Assembly: GCF_963921235.1 (NCBI RefSeq)
Contig: NC_086118.1
Coordinates: 54,312,001-54,376,000, forward strand
Source: Mobula hypostoma
Lineage: Eukaryota
Direction of reading: 5' to 3'
Length of the DNA: 64,000 nucleotides
Shown here in pieces: positions 14,021-28,091 of the stretch (position 1 is the first letter of the stretch; the number at the start of each line of letters is the position of its first letter). The notes below the pieces were generated by a model. It was not told the DNA's origin. It saw nothing but the letters and a program-made list of their open reading frames with translations, and did no database searches. The position numbers and the translations under genes are program-made.

Positions 14021-14743
14021 CTAAAATGACAGAGAGCAATATTAAAGTAAGCTGCAATGGACACACGATCAAAATGGTAAATTTCAAATCTCTCAACCGA
14101 CGTGATACAGTCATACCTTGCCGATTGTTTTTAGATTTAAGTTATCAGTTCTATCTGGTTTTTTTTTTGAAACCATAATGGTATCCTCACATAACTTTCT
14201 AAATTCCATGGAATACAGCCGTAGTTATTTTTCATATCCTTGGTAATTTAACCCTTGTAATTCAAGATGCATTTCTACAACTTGCATTACCTCTGTATGA
14301 TTTAACTAATAACTTGCATGACTGCTAAACTTGTAGCATTGTCTGGCAGATATGAGGGTCAGCATTTCATTAAACTTGGTTAATATTTGGTTCCCTCTGA
14401 TTTTAATAGTTTATAGTTCCCTCTAATTTGAATAATTTTAAAAATTAGAGGGAATCCAATACCTGAACTCCAGGTCCCTGAACCTTCTGTTTCCTATTTT
14501 AAATAAACTAACAATTACCTGGTCCTATCTAGTATTTGACCTCCTAATAACTAACATTTAAATCTATTTGCCAACACCGAGATGTTTCATAATTTAGCTT
14601 AATATATATATTCTTTGTAATTTAACACCACTTTCTATACTAGTCAAAATGTCTCCCATTACTTCATCAGAATCCTAAATAATTAGATCTTCTAATGCAT
14701 CATCTAAATCATTAGTATGGTGAAGAGATAAATTCTACAAATA

Positions 14744-15155
14744 AACACTTCTTGGGCTTTCAGCCAGGTAAACATATGGATTTTAACCGACGCTTTGAAG
14801 ACAAACTATGCCATCTTCATCAGGGATGATGCCTGGGCATGTCTAGTCCAGTGGTATATATACCTCCGTTATTCGTTCCTCCTGTTTGGTTAGTCCTCAT
14901 TCAATCAGGTTTCCGCTGCCCCACCTTGCTTACAATCAAGTTCCAGTTCTTACTTAGAGAAAAACCTTTATGTATCTGTTTGGGTTAGCCAGAGAAATTG
15001 GCGGTAGCAGAACACTGCATGCGCATTGGCCATAGGATTGACTCTGATGGCACAAAACTACTGTGCTATGCCAGTGGGATCTGGGACCGCCTGATAAAGG
15101 AAGCTATTGAAGTAAAGCTAGAGAAAAAGAATTTTAACAAAGACAAGGGTCTCTC
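14744..15155. mobile_element. Penelope-like element, second family: inverted pLTR plus GIY-YIG C-terminal remnant
   Basis: Plus strand 14995-15150 translates as KLAVAEHCMRIGHRIDSDGTKLL...RLIKEAIEVKLEKKNFNKDKG. A minus-strand pLTR at 14744-14970 carries a degenerate hammerhead, CTGATGA-agatggcatagtttgtcttc-AAAGCGTC. Confidence 0.7.
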
Positions 15156-15296
15156 TGAAAGGTTCTGAAAAGAGCTTATTCATCATATACACCAGGAAAG
15201 CACTAGATCAGGTTAAATTCTAACTCAAATTTTTCTGGGTTGCCATTAATCACATTTGCTCATCCTTACTCTCTGGTTAAAAGGGATCAACACTTA

Positions 15297-15569
<273 letters not shown>

Positions 15570-16846
15570 TCACGCCCTGATCAATCAAGAACCTCTGCCT
15601 TATATACACATAAAGTCTTGGGAACCAGATTAAAAATGCAGGGGTTTTTTGGCAGCAGCTTTATAACAACACTTCCATAAAATGACCTCACAACTTTTAA
15701 CTATTGTGAGCATGAGGAATTAGCCAGGATATCAACTGCAGTGCGTCAGTAACAAAAATTGTTTATAATAAGGATAAACATCTCGAAATAAAACTGAGGT
15801 ACAGTAATGAAAACAGGAAATGTTGGAAAAATTCAGTGGGTCAGGCATCACTTGTGTTAACTTTTCAGAGTGAAGATTTTTCATTGCAGATCCTCTTTCA
15901 CTCTTCCTCATTGAGAAGTAACAGTTAGCATGAACTGGCTGGGCATATTGAGCTTGAGACTACTGGGGGTAGCATGGTGAGTCTCCAGCTTGCAGTTGGC
16001 TACTGAGACTAATGATTTTAAATTATGTCCGGGCCTCACTGCCAGCTCCCAAGTGACTTTCTCTTCTGATCCTTACCAGGACCCAGATCTGGCCAATGAC
16101 TAGGATGGGATTATAGCTGGCAGAAGGCACTCCAATGCAAAGATAAATTGGTTCAGGTTATCTGGATGCACTGTAGTAGGAGAGGATATGTGCACACAGT
16201 GGGGAGGAAAACATGGCATGGAGAAAATGTTGGTTTCATTGATTCTCAGATTCATAAAATTACCTCATAATTACCCAATGGCTCCTTTTAAAGGCTAAAT
16301 TAGTTATGTGCTCAAAGTTTTTCAGTGTTTGCAATAATATAGTAAACTTATGGAGGGCTGTTTTTATCGTAAGAAAATGATCCATTTTAATAATTGTTTC
16401 TTTGGAATTATTCTCTTGACCCCCCCCCCCCAAAAACAGGAAAAAAGATCTTTTGATATTTAAAAGAAACAGCTGAAAGTGAAACACTATTTAAAATTTA
16501 CAAGGGAAGAGTAAACTGAATTTGGTCAAGAAAAAATTATTGACATCAGAGCAAACACCCCAGGTCTGTGTACCAGTAGATAATAGTGAAATGATGGATA
16601 ATGGTGAGGAAACATAGATAATAAATCATTAAGTAACTGAACATAACCAATCTTGTGCCAAATTGAGTAGCCATGATGACAGAGTGGAAATATAAATCTC
16701 AGAATTCAGAGGCAGTTGATCTAATTAATTAATGAAAGTATATTTAGAAACAGCAAACATTATTTTAGAATTGATCAGTTTCAAGGATTGAAAGTAGAAT
16801 AATTTGTGATTTAAAAAGATATTAATAAGTATTGATAGTACTATGA

Positions 16847-18818
16847 AGAGTGTTTGATGACGCTGGGCCTGTATTCACTAGAATTCTGAAGAATGAGGGG
16901 TGAGCAAATTGAAACCTATCGAATGGTGAAAAGCCTTGACAGAGTGGATGTGGAAAGGATGTTTCCTGTGATGGAAGAGTCTAGGACCAGAGGATACAAC
17001 TTCTGAATAGAGGGGTGTCCTTTTAGAACAGAGATGAGGAAGAATTTCTTTAGCCAGAATACTGAAGCTGTGGAACACACACAATATGCTAGAGAAACTC
17101 AGCAGGCCAGGCAGCATCCATGGAAAAAGAGTATAGTTGACATTTTGTACCGAGACCCTTCATCGGGATGGGAGGAAAAAAGATGACCAGTCAGAGTTAC
17201 AAGGTGGGAGGGGGAGTGGAAGGAGGAACACAAGATGATAGGTGAAATTGGGTGGGGGTAGGGTAAAATAAAGAGCTGGGAAGTTGATTGGTGAAAGAAA
17301 TATAGGGCTGGAGAAGTGGGAATCTGAAAGGAGAGGACAGAAGGCCACAGAAGAAAGAAAAGGAGGAGGAGTGCCAGAGGGATGTGATGATCAAGTAAGG
17401 AGATAAGGTGAAACAGGGAAAAGGGAATAGGAAATGATGAAGTGGGGGGCACTACCGGAAGTACAAGAAATCAATGTTCATGGCATCAGGTTGGAAGCTA
17501 CCCAGACGGAATATAAGGCTCCTCCAACCTGAGTGTTGCCTCATTGTGACAGTAGAAAAGGCCATGGACTGACATGGGAATGGGAAGTGGAATTAAAATG
17601 GGTAGGCACTGGGATATCCCGCTTTTTCCGGTGGATGGAACATAGGTGCTTGGCAAAGTGGTCTCCCAATCTATGTCAGGTACCGATATACAGAAAGCCA
17701 CACTGAGAGCACTGGATACAGTAGATGACTCCAACAGACTCACAGGTGAATTGTTGCCTCACCTGGAAGGGTTGCTTGAGGCCCGGAATGGTAGTGAGGG
17801 AGGTGGTGGAGGGGCAGCACTTGTTCTGCTTACGAAGTTAAGTGTTGGAAGGGAGATTAGCGGGGAGGGATGAATGGACAGGTTGCGGAGGGAGTGATCC
17901 TTGCAGAAAGCAGAAAATGCGAGGGAGAGATGTGTTTGGTGGTGGGATCCCATTGGAGATGCTGTAAGTTACAGAGAATTATGTGCTGGATGCAGAGGCT
18001 GGGAGGGTGGTTGGTGAAGACAAGAGGAAACCTATCCCTGGTGGGGTGATGACAGAAGTGTGTGAAATGGAAGCGATGCGGTTGAGGGCAGCACTGATGG
18101 TGGAGGATGGGAAGCCCCTTTTTTTTTTAAAAAGGAGAACATTTCCTTTGTTCTGGAATGAAAACCCTCATCCTGAGAGCAGATGCAGCAGAGATGGAAG
18201 AATTGAGAGAAGGGGATGGCATTTTTACAAGTAACAGGGTGGGAAGAGGTATAGTCCAGGTGGCTATGAGAGTCAGAGACATCAGTAGATAAGCTGCCTC
18301 GAGAGATAGAGATCAAGAAAGGGGAGGGAGGAAGTAAACGGTCCAGGTAAATTTGAGGGCAGGGCAGAAGTTGGAGACGAAGTTGATGAGCTCGACAAGT
18401 TCTGCTTGGCCCAGGAAGCAGCACCAGTGCAGTTGTTGATGTCGTGCTGGAAAAGTTGGGGAGTGACACCAGTGTAGGCTTGGAATATAGACTGTTCCAT
18501 GTCGATGACAAAAAGGCAAGTCCAGCTGGACCCATGTGAGTACCAATGGCTATGTGTTTGAAGCAAATGGAAGGAGCCGAAGGAGAAATTATTGATAGTG
18601 AGTCTGTGGAATTCGTTGCCACAGACAGCTGTGGAGGACAAGTCATTGGGTATATTTAAGGCAGAGGTTGATAGATTTTTGATTGTTCAGGGCATGAAGG
18701 GATATGGGGAGAAGGCAGGAGATTGGGGCTGAGAGGAAAAATGGATCAGCCATGATGGAACAGCAGAGCAGACGATGGGCCAAATGGCCCGATTCCACGC
18801 CTATATCTTATTGCCTTG
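16847..18818 (+). mobile_element. CR1 3' fragment split by a Penelope insertion
   Basis: CR1 sequence stops at ttagccagaa (17059), resumes at gtgagtctgtggaattc (about 18598) and runs to the CR1 tail. Confidence 0.8.
17075..18600 (-). mobile_element. Penelope-like retroelement, 5'-truncated and degraded (RT C-terminus, GIY-YIG, pLTR)
   Basis: NNFSFGSFH.LQT, FCPALKFTW, HSHLDYTSSHPVTCKNAIPFSQF and ATLRLEE remnants. pLTR contains gatgctgcctggcctgctgag. Confidence 0.85.
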
Positions 18819-18859
18819 TAACATGCATATGGGCTCTAGCTTGATTACACAATATGAAT

Positions 18860-20420
18860 CCAGCGTCACTTTTGCTAGTACTCTATCATATGCAACAACT
18901 GCAATCTTAGAGAGTTTATGGCATCTGGTGTGACTGCATGAAGTCAGCGCAGGCCATGGGAAAATGTGATGTGTTCCCTTGTTTGACTTCTGTTGTGCAG
19001 ATATAAATTGATTTAAATTTCTATTGGTGGTGTAAAAAAAATCTTGGTCCTTTACATCTGGGTTAGGGCTGCCAATGTGTTGGCATTGCTTCTATTGGAA
19101 CAGTGATAGAGGTCTTCACAAAAAGTGTTGTTACAATAATATCATTGATCTTTGCTATTAAATCAGAAACATCCATGTATCTTGATGAAGGAGGTACATC
19201 AGTGAAGCTCTTTCCCATGGCATTTGTCTTAAGTTCAGCTTTATTCTTGGCACGTCTTCCATCTCGTTGTAAATCGGTTTTAACGAAGTACCAGAAGTGC
19301 AGCTGGTGAAGAGGGCAATGGGTTCAACTAAAGTCTCAGGATGTGATGTTCATCAGTGTCAGGAGCTGGGCAATGGTATGGACTTTCACTGTTCCACAAA
19401 CTGTATACACTGTTTAGTTGCATATTCAGCATCTTTAGTGATCGTCCATCCATACTCTGTGATGCAGCATAATAAAGTTGTGGTTCTTTGAACCATGTAG
19501 ACCAAAGTTCAAAGTAAATGTATGATCAAAGTATGTATATATTACCATATGCTATTCTGACATTCATTTTCTTCCAGGCATTTACAGGAAAAAGGAAATG
19601 TGATAGAATTTTACAGAAAAAGCTGTTCATATCCGGACAAAGACTGACAAATATCACTGTGCAAGAGAAGACAAATTGTGCAATTAAGAATAACACTGAG
19701 AACATGAGTTGTGAAGAATGCTTGAAAGCACAGTGGTGGTAACTGAAGTTATTCACACTGGTTCAGGAGCCTGTGGGTTGTAGATAAGTAACCTGAATGT
19801 GGTGGCACGGGACACAAGTCTCCGTAGCTCCTGCTCGACAGCAGCAGTGATGGTGGGGGTCTGTGATGGATGCTGCTTTCTTGTGGCAGGGCTCCCTCCC
19901 TGTAAATGCACTCAATGTTGGGGAGGGTTTATTTAACTCTCTAACTGCACTGTGCATATATCACCAATTAATACCCTATATTTACATACTTTTCAGTATT
20001 CTCATTTTGGAAGGAGGGATTCATACAGTCAAGTCATCTGCAGGACCTAAACTATTTACAGGTTCACCAAGTAACGCTGATCATCACAGGGAATTTACAT
20101 TGTTGATGCTGCGTCTACTTCTGACTCAATTAAGTAAGCCTCATGTTATTTCTTCCATCACCTCCATTACATCAACTTCTGGATTACACTCATAATCATT
20201 TAACAGTTTTCTCAGGTATACCTCTTACACTAGACTTGGGTGTAGAAATTAGATGATCAGAATAGCTTTGATTTGCTACTAAGGCTTTTAACTTGTATAC
20301 TAAGGGTTAAATATTTGCCATTTTAATTAGCATTGGTGTAATGAAGGAATAGCTTCTGTTACATTATAAAAGCAATTCCTGTCTGTCTTTAGTATGAGAA
20401 CACCAACAGAGAGCAGAGTT
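18860..20420 (-). mobile_element. Possible highly degraded Gypsy pol (integrase zinc-finger region), interrupted by a Rex/Babar tail at about 19500-19925
   Basis: Weak hand-translated similarity only: DDLTV..IP..MRIL and RTTTL....YGWTITKDAEYATKQC, resembling the H2C2 region. Confidence 0.25.
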
Positions 20421-21696
20421 TCACTTGAGATTCTCAGCACAGTGGTACTATCAGCAACCCATTCTCTATACAAATTCACCCGTTTAGTGCTGATTCTATT
20501 AATGTCTCTTTCCTGAACACTATGAGCTAGTAGTATATAATTATTTGATAGAAAATATCTTTTCAGTCATTCTGTGCATGAACTGAAAGAATAACATACC
20601 CAATTGGATGACTAAGGCTTCCAGAATGATTAGTCTGAGTTGGACGGCTGTTTTATCCTGATCCTATTTCTCCTGGCGCACTATTACACATCATGGTACT
20701 GCCTGCATGCATTTTACCCCATTTCTGTTGTTTCTAACAATGCAGCATTTGGTAGGTCCTCAACCTAATCTCTGTGCAAGATCAAAATGGAAACAAGTAA
20801 TTGCATAACTTGAAGATTCATCCTATCTAGTCATTGCTAGTGTGTAGTGTATGCTCTCAATCCTTACTCTGAACACTAATAATACAGACAATAGGAGAAA
20901 CACAGAAGATATGGAGAGCTGCTGGAATGTGTGAAACTTGCTTGTCTAACTAGCATGCCTGTATGCGTCACACATTTATGTCATACATTTGCACATACCA
21001 CCGCAGTTACTACTATGGATAGATTGAGATGGGGTTTTCAATTATAGAAGCATCACTTTAATTCCTTTAGAATTTTGTTCAATGTAATGCTGGCTAAGGT
21101 GGCTGTCTTTGCACCTAACCCTTTGATGTCAGTATATGTCATCTTGAGCGATGCCATGCTTGGTACATGGAGATCTCTTGCAGGATGATGGGATGATTCT
21201 CGTCAATATATATGAAACACACTGTTAGTGCTGAGTATTAAATTTGTGCTAACTACTGAACATTCTAAAATTGGGACTAACCGTCTTTAGCCTATGTAGC
21301 AGAAGGACTAAGCATAGGGAGCTTTATTATCAATTACCAGTAAGTAACAATATATCTTGTCAAAGGATCACTGAATTGAACAGAATGTTTTTAATTGGTT
21401 GTTTTGTGAAAGAGCTATGCCTCCTGAATTTCTGCTCGGAGACCAATTTTCGAAAACTGATATTTCAGCCATGTGTAAATAAAGAACTGTCATTTAATCT
21501 TTGCAGACAAAAACATGGCTGTCTTTAAGTAGCCAATACATAATGACTACAAAACTGATTGATTTTTTAGCTTCTCTAACTTTGTAAAACTATGACAGAT
21601 GATTTGGGGAAAAGCAGTGCTGTCCAGATGCAGACCAGGACTGTACAGAGGCCCCAACTTGCTATTATTTCCCTTTGTTCGATGGAAGGTGGTGCA

Positions 21697-21985
21697 AGAT
21701 TAAAGATTAGCTGTCTTTGTCATATGTTTCAAGGTGCATAAAACATACCGTGAAATGTGTTGTTTGATTCAGTGACCAGCACAGTCTGAGGATGTGCGGG
21801 GGCAGCCCACAAGTTACTAACTCTAATTTGTACATCTTTGGAATGTGGGAGGAGACTGGAGCACTCGGAGGAAATTGGAGTCACGGGGAGAGCGTCCAAA
21901 CTCTTTACAGACGGTGGTGGGGATTGAACCCTGATCTTCGGATCGCCGGTGCTGTAAAGTATTACGTACACTAACCACCACTGTG
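21697..21985 (-). mobile_element. V-type tRNA SINE
   Basis: B box (ggttcaatcc on minus) and V domain ctccccgtgact..tttcctccgagtgctccagtctcctcccacattccaaagatgtac. Confidence 0.8.
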
Positions 21986-24900
21986 ATGTGGGAGTGATCT
22001 GGCTGTGACATCTGTCACTCTATTGATCACTTGGGTTAGTGCAAGAGTGCATTCCAAAACACCTGTAGATGAGAACTCCACCCTGAGACTGCAGTGGGGT
22101 CTGCAAGGTTTCCAAAGGCAGGCTTAACTTTCAAAGGTATATCCTACTTCCTTCCAATTTTACCATTAATAAATAGAAGTTCTGAACCCTTGCAGTCCCT
22201 GATTCCAAGTCAGTATTTTGTTGATGTGTTGTTAATGCAAATGGGTGTGGTATTGATGTGAATTTGTGTTGAAGCTGTGATTTCTGAGAGAGTATAACTG
22301 CCTAAGAAAAAGGGGTAAAGAGCTACTTTGTTCTCTTATGAGGAATCGTGGGCAGCCTGTGTCTCTTGTAATTAACCTGATTCTAGTGACATCAAAAAGA
22401 AATGTTCCAGATTTTTTAAAGCTGGCTACCATACTTCAATTATTTGTTTTTGATTCTGTGAGACACTGCATAAGCAGAAAGTAGGAAGATAATGCACAAT
22501 ATTGCACCATCAATCAAATGTGGTATGTTGTATACATCCAAATACTTGGAGGCAAGCACTTTATAGATAACAGTAATCTTATATATTTCCAGATTCCCCC
22601 CCTTTTACTTCAATTATTCATGTCACTTTATAGAAAAAGCCAATGATTTCTCAATATCTATTTTCATTTAATACCTCCTAATATAATCTGAACATCCCAT
22701 AATGTGTTGGGTTCTATCTGGCACTTTTCAGTTTGAATTAGTTACTCACAAATTAAGGCAAGTAAAATAATAATGCTGTAGTAAAATATTTGTGACATAT
22801 GTAAAGGGCTGAGAAAGAACAAGAGGAACCATAGAGATGAGTAACTTAGAGTCAAATGATGTATAGAAATAAAAATACAGGGTAAGAACAGAATAAGAGA
22901 AAAAGTAGAAATTGTACAATATTGATTTATTTTCTAGGAACTGGCTATCTGCAGGAATAAGAATGAATTATTTAAATTGAACCACTTTTGAGTCGATTGC
23001 TATTACATTTGCAATAATCCTGTTGTTAAAATATACTTGCACTACCTTTTGATGCTAACTTTTTGCAGCATTTGAAATAGAAATCCCACAAGTTCGGTGA
23101 GAGCAAAGTACCAATTACTGGGTCGCAATGCAAAAGATGCAAATCAACTAGCAGGTTGGGGAGAGTTACAACACATGGTGTATCTCTTAATCCCCAGGAC
23201 TAGATGACCAAATCTTTTCTGCAATATCCTGTGATTCATCTCAATGCTGTCTTTTTGGACAACTAGGTTGAGACGTCATATAGCTCCTACCTCTAATCTA
23301 TTAAACATGAATGTGTAAAAAAACAAATTGCTTTACAATATATCCCATTATTAAAATTAATCAATCCATTGTTAGTAAATGGTATTATGGTGAATTTTAC
23401 CACCGGCTTCCTCCTATTAAGGCAGTCCCTGTGGGCTGAGGATAACTAGCTGTTAATTATAAACTGGTGAAACCACAGATTTTTCCACTGTAGGCCCTTG
23501 ACAGGCTATGCCACTGGTTTATTTGAGAGATGGGTATAGATGGGGTAAATGCAAGCAGGCTTTTCCCACTGAGGCTGGGGGGTCTACAATCAGGGGTCAT
23601 TGGTTAAGGGTGAAAGGTGAAAAGTTTACTGGGAAACTTCCTCACTCAGAGGGTTGTGAGAGTGTGGAATGACCTGCCAGCACAAGTGGTGCATGTGAGG
23701 TAGATTTCAACACTTAAGAGAAGTTTGAATAGTAGGGGTATGGACGACTGTAGTCCCAGTGCAGGTCAATGGGAGTAAGCAGATTAAGTGGTTTCAGCAT
23801 GGACTAGATGGGCCGAGGGGTCTGCTTCTGTGCTATGTTTCTCTACGACTCTGTGGCTCACTCCTCCTCCTGTTTACTCAGGGCTTTGTTATCTTCTCCT
23901 CGAACAGAAACTAGGCCAACCTGATGATTTGACTCTGTACCTACACGTGAGAGCTTGCTGAATATAAACTGGAATTCATCCACAAAATGGCAACTACAGC
24001 ATCATTTATTAATTGAGATACTTCCAACCTGCACTGGCTGATGTACAAGTCGAGTTATTTCTCTCTGTTTTATTGTTTTAGCAATATATTTACCTTTCCC
24101 TTTAATGTGCAAAAGCAGAAACCTACTGTTGCAGAAGCCAACAATAATCATTTTCATACCCCAGGTGAAAAATAACACAATTAACAACAGATTATATGAT
24201 AACATTATAAGATATGAACCCATGGTGTAAAGTAAGCTGACACCCACCACTTGCATAGGAGAATGTCATTCTACGACTATCACACAGCAAACAAGATACC
24301 TTATTATAACCAAAAAGATTCATTGCCTCTAGCACAAGTCAGGGGACTGCCTTAAAATCAATACGTTAGAGTTGCTATGGAGATAGTACAGCTTACACTG
24401 GCACCCGGAATGGATCATTTACAAGAACAATACCCTAAAACTGAATATTGAATTTATCCAGTGATCAGCACAGCTATATAGTAACCTTACATTTATGCAG
24501 CTCAATAAATATCTCAAGATACTGTACAGGAGTACTATAAAACTCGTATTAATATGGACAGTCAAAGGCCTGACCAGAAGCCAATTCTGAGGCGCACACA
24601 AAAAGAGAAGATGGAGGCAGAGGGTTTGAGATTTTGCTGTAGAAAGCATGTTTGCTGATGTTGGGGTAGCGGAAATTGGGGATCCTAAGGAGTTGTAGAA
24701 CCAAAAAGGTTAAGGCTTCTGCTTAAATGGTTGATGAGGGTAGCCCCAGAAGAGCTGCCAGTGGTACTTGTGGATAAGACAGATTGTGCAGAGGGAGAAT
24801 AATAATAGCCAATGGGGATCCAATATACCATGGGAAGGACATGATTAAAGTAGCTGTAGTTCGTGTATTCTCAGTGTGATTTGAAGTGATTGCCCAAACC

Positions 24901-25774
24901 TTGACATTGAGATGGACAGCACTGAGCCATGTTGGAAAAATGCTTACACATGAGTGTAAATGGTATCATTTTTATTAAGATTTCAACAATGATTAGCTTG
25001 GCACAAAAATTACTGTACTTGCTTGGATAGTTGTTCCCTCAAAGTAAATGTTACTTTCCAAGTCTTAGTGACTGTTAGAAAATAGGGAATTGTAGTCAGA
25101 GGGTATGAAGTACAGTAATTATTAATATAAGCAAGAACTAGCTTACCACTTCCAAATGTGATGGACATGCAGTAATAGGTCTCAAAATTATATGGTTGGC
25201 AGCACAAACAAATGCTTGTTGATCTCAGGAGCAGTAAGAGGAAATTGAAAAGATGTGCTTTGGAGACTAACAAGTCGGTGCTTGATCTCTCCACAAATAC
25301 CTGCATAAAGGTACTGTATCTGTTAAACATTGGGACAAAGCAAAGGAAATTATTCCAATATGCACTGGCCAAACGTAAAGACAGTGGTGCTAGGTTAATT
25401 TGATCATATTGAAACCCCAGCCATGACTACGTTGAGAGGGAAATGCATTCATCCAGAGAAACTATGAATGAAGTTATAAGCATTAGAACCATGCATCAGA
25501 AGTGAGACATCTTGGGCTTTGCACATATTTTGCTCCATGTTTCCAACTCCAGAATGAGGTCACAGGAAATGACAGATAGGCATTTTGCTAATTAGCACTT
25601 CAAACAAGCTCATGGTCATATTTGTTGTGCTTGCGACACCACCCCCTCACGATTTGTAAGAGAGGAAGTTTAAATCTTCTCTTCGACGGGAGTTCAGTGA
25701 AATCACCTCTCAGTGCTCCCCATCTATAATTTCTTCGGCTCTTCAACTTTTTGACAACATTTTGACTCAGACTC

Positions 25775-25975
25775 CCTTCTCCTATCATTTCCGATCTCCC
25801 CCTCCCCCTCCCACTTTCAAATCTCTTACTAGCTGTTCTTTTAGTTAGTCCTGACGAAGGGTCTTGGCCCGAAACGTTGACTCTACCTCTTCCTAGAGAT
25901 GCTGCCTGGCCTGCGGCGTTCACCAGCAACTTTGATGTGTGTTGCTTGAAATTCCAGCATCTGCAGATTTCCTCG
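25775..25975 (+). mobile_element. Solo Penelope pLTR (young family)
   Basis: Near-identical to the 3' terminus of the element at 28092-30065, in the opposite orientation. Confidence 0.85.
25847..25882 (+). ncRNA. Minimal type-I hammerhead ribozyme motif (antisense to PRKCA)
   Basis: AGTC CTGACGA A GGGT CTTG GCCC GAAA CGTT GACT. Core intact, stem I AGTC/GACT, palindromic ACGT stem III, cleavage triplet GUU. Confidence 0.75.
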
Positions 25976-26039
25976 AAGTTGTGAAGAAGTTCTGGGTTTC
26001 AGAGTGTTGGGTCTTTTAATCTAATCATGATTCCATCCC

Positions 26040-27205
26040 ACATGCCCCTCCATTTGCCTATTCAAGATGTATCTGCCACTATGATCGCTCTGACAGTGCC
26101 TTCCACACACTCATTACTCTCTGTGTAAACACAAAACTGACATCACCCCTATAATTTCCTCCAATCATCATAAAATTACGTCCTCCAAATTGGATCAACT
26201 TTATTACTTACATCCTTCACATACATGAGGAGTAAAAATCTTTACGTTAAATCTTAGTCTAAATGTGCAATTTATAGTAATTTGTAATAAATAGTATGTA
26301 GAACAGGACAGTCAATATAATACAAATGCAATTGTATCAGTGTGAATTAATCAGTCTGATGGCCTGGTGGAGGAAGCTGGCCTGGAGACTGTTGGTCCTG
26401 GCGTTTATGCTGTGGTACCGTTTCCCGGATGGTAGCAGCTGTAACAGCTTGTGGTTGGGGTGACTCGGGTCCCCAGTGGTATTAGCCTTTGCCATCCTGG
26501 GGGAAAAATGCTGGCTGTTCACTCGATCAATGCTTCTCATCATCTTACACACCTCCATCAACTCTCCTCTCACCCTCCCTCACCTCAAAAAGAAAAACCT
26601 TAGCTTGTTCAACCTTTCCTCATAAAACATGTTATCTAGTCCTGATAAATCTCCTCAGTAACCTCTCCAAAGCCTCCCCAACCTTCCTATAATGAGGTGA
26701 CCAGAACTGAGCACAGTGTAGTCTAACCAGAGTTTTATAGAGCTACAACATTATCTTGCAGCTCTTGAATTCAATCCCGCCCCCACTTATGAAGGCCAAC
26801 ACAACATACACACCCTATCAATTTGAGCTGCATCCCTAAGGAACCTGTGGACTTGGACCCCAAGATCCCTTTGTTCCTGCCATTAACTTTGTACTCTGCC
26901 ATCAGATTCGACTTACCAAAGTGAATCACTTCACACTTTTCCCGATTGAACTCCATTTGCCACTTCTGCATCCTATCAATGTCTCACTGTGACCAATGAA
27001 AACCTACTACACTATCCACAACACACCATCAACCTTTGTGTCAACTGCATTCTTACTAACACACCCCTCTACTTCCTCATCTAAGTCAGTTTTAAAAATC
27101 ATGAAGAGCAGGGGCCCTAGAACAGATCCCTACAGAACACCACTAGTCACAGTCTTCCAGGCAGAATATGCTCTATCTACAACCACACTGTTCTTTCAGT
27201 GGGCA
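26040..27205 (-). mobile_element. CR1 fragment with a nested Rex/Babar 3' piece (about 26190-26475)
   Basis: WQMEFNREKCEVIHFG and MRGELMEVCKMMR (CR1) abut DPSHPNHKLLQLLPSGKRY (Rex/Babar). Confidence 0.75.
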
Positions 27206-27474
27206 AGTATTACAACAGTGACTCAACTTTGACTATGTGCTCAAATTTCTAGTACCAAATGATCAAGCCTGTCTTTACATTTACCACCCAGTTTTCTTCG
27301 TATTTTTATCTGTGGTTGAGACTTCTGTACTGCTGAGCATATTCACTGCAAAGCCGTGTTTGGCCTTTGTCACAGAAGCATGAATGACAGAAATGCAACT
27401 ATTATGTTTATCCTACAAAGCAACTTGTCATGTTGATAAAATTATCAAAATCCCAAATCCCATTTTCACAGTAT

Positions 27475-27768
27475 TTATTTTTATTTAGAGATACAGTGCG
27501 GAAGAGGCCGTTCCAGCTCTTCCAGCCACACCGTCCAGCAAACCTGATTTAACCTTAAACCTAATCGCAGGACAATTTACAATGACCAGTTAACCTACTT
27601 GGTATGCCTTTGGACTGTGGGAAGAAACCGGAGGACCCGGAAAAAAAAAAATCCGCGCATTCCACTTGGAGGACATACAGAGACTCTTTACAGAGGGTAC
27701 TGGGATCAAATTCTGAACTCTGATGCCCCAAGCTATACTAGGGTTACGCTAACCACTATGCTACCGTG
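27475..27768 (-). mobile_element. HE1-like V-SINE with CR1-derived tail
   Basis: tRNA head (cacggtagcatagtggttagcg), V domain (ccgggtcctccggtttcttcccacagtccaaag), tail ccgcactgtatctctaaataaa. Confidence 0.75.
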
Positions 27769-28091
27769 TTGGAAGAATTGGATCAATCAGTGTGTATAAC
27801 AAATTTTTAAATTATGAAGAGGCAATAGAAGATGGAATCAATAATCAGATGGGAAATAATTAGCAATTACAAAATTGATTTTAACTTTCCACTTTGATTC
27901 AGACACAGAGGAAGTGCATGGAGAAAAGAAAGCTGAATTCCTGTAATGTACAACAGACTCCTTCCTCGGCTGAATTTTTTGAGCCCTGCAGGAACAGAGA
28001 TGTAAGCTGTTCCGGTTAAAATTAACCACGTCAATCAGATGAGTTAAATGTGGGTAAAAACCCTGGTACAGCGGCAAGCAGCAAAATAAAA

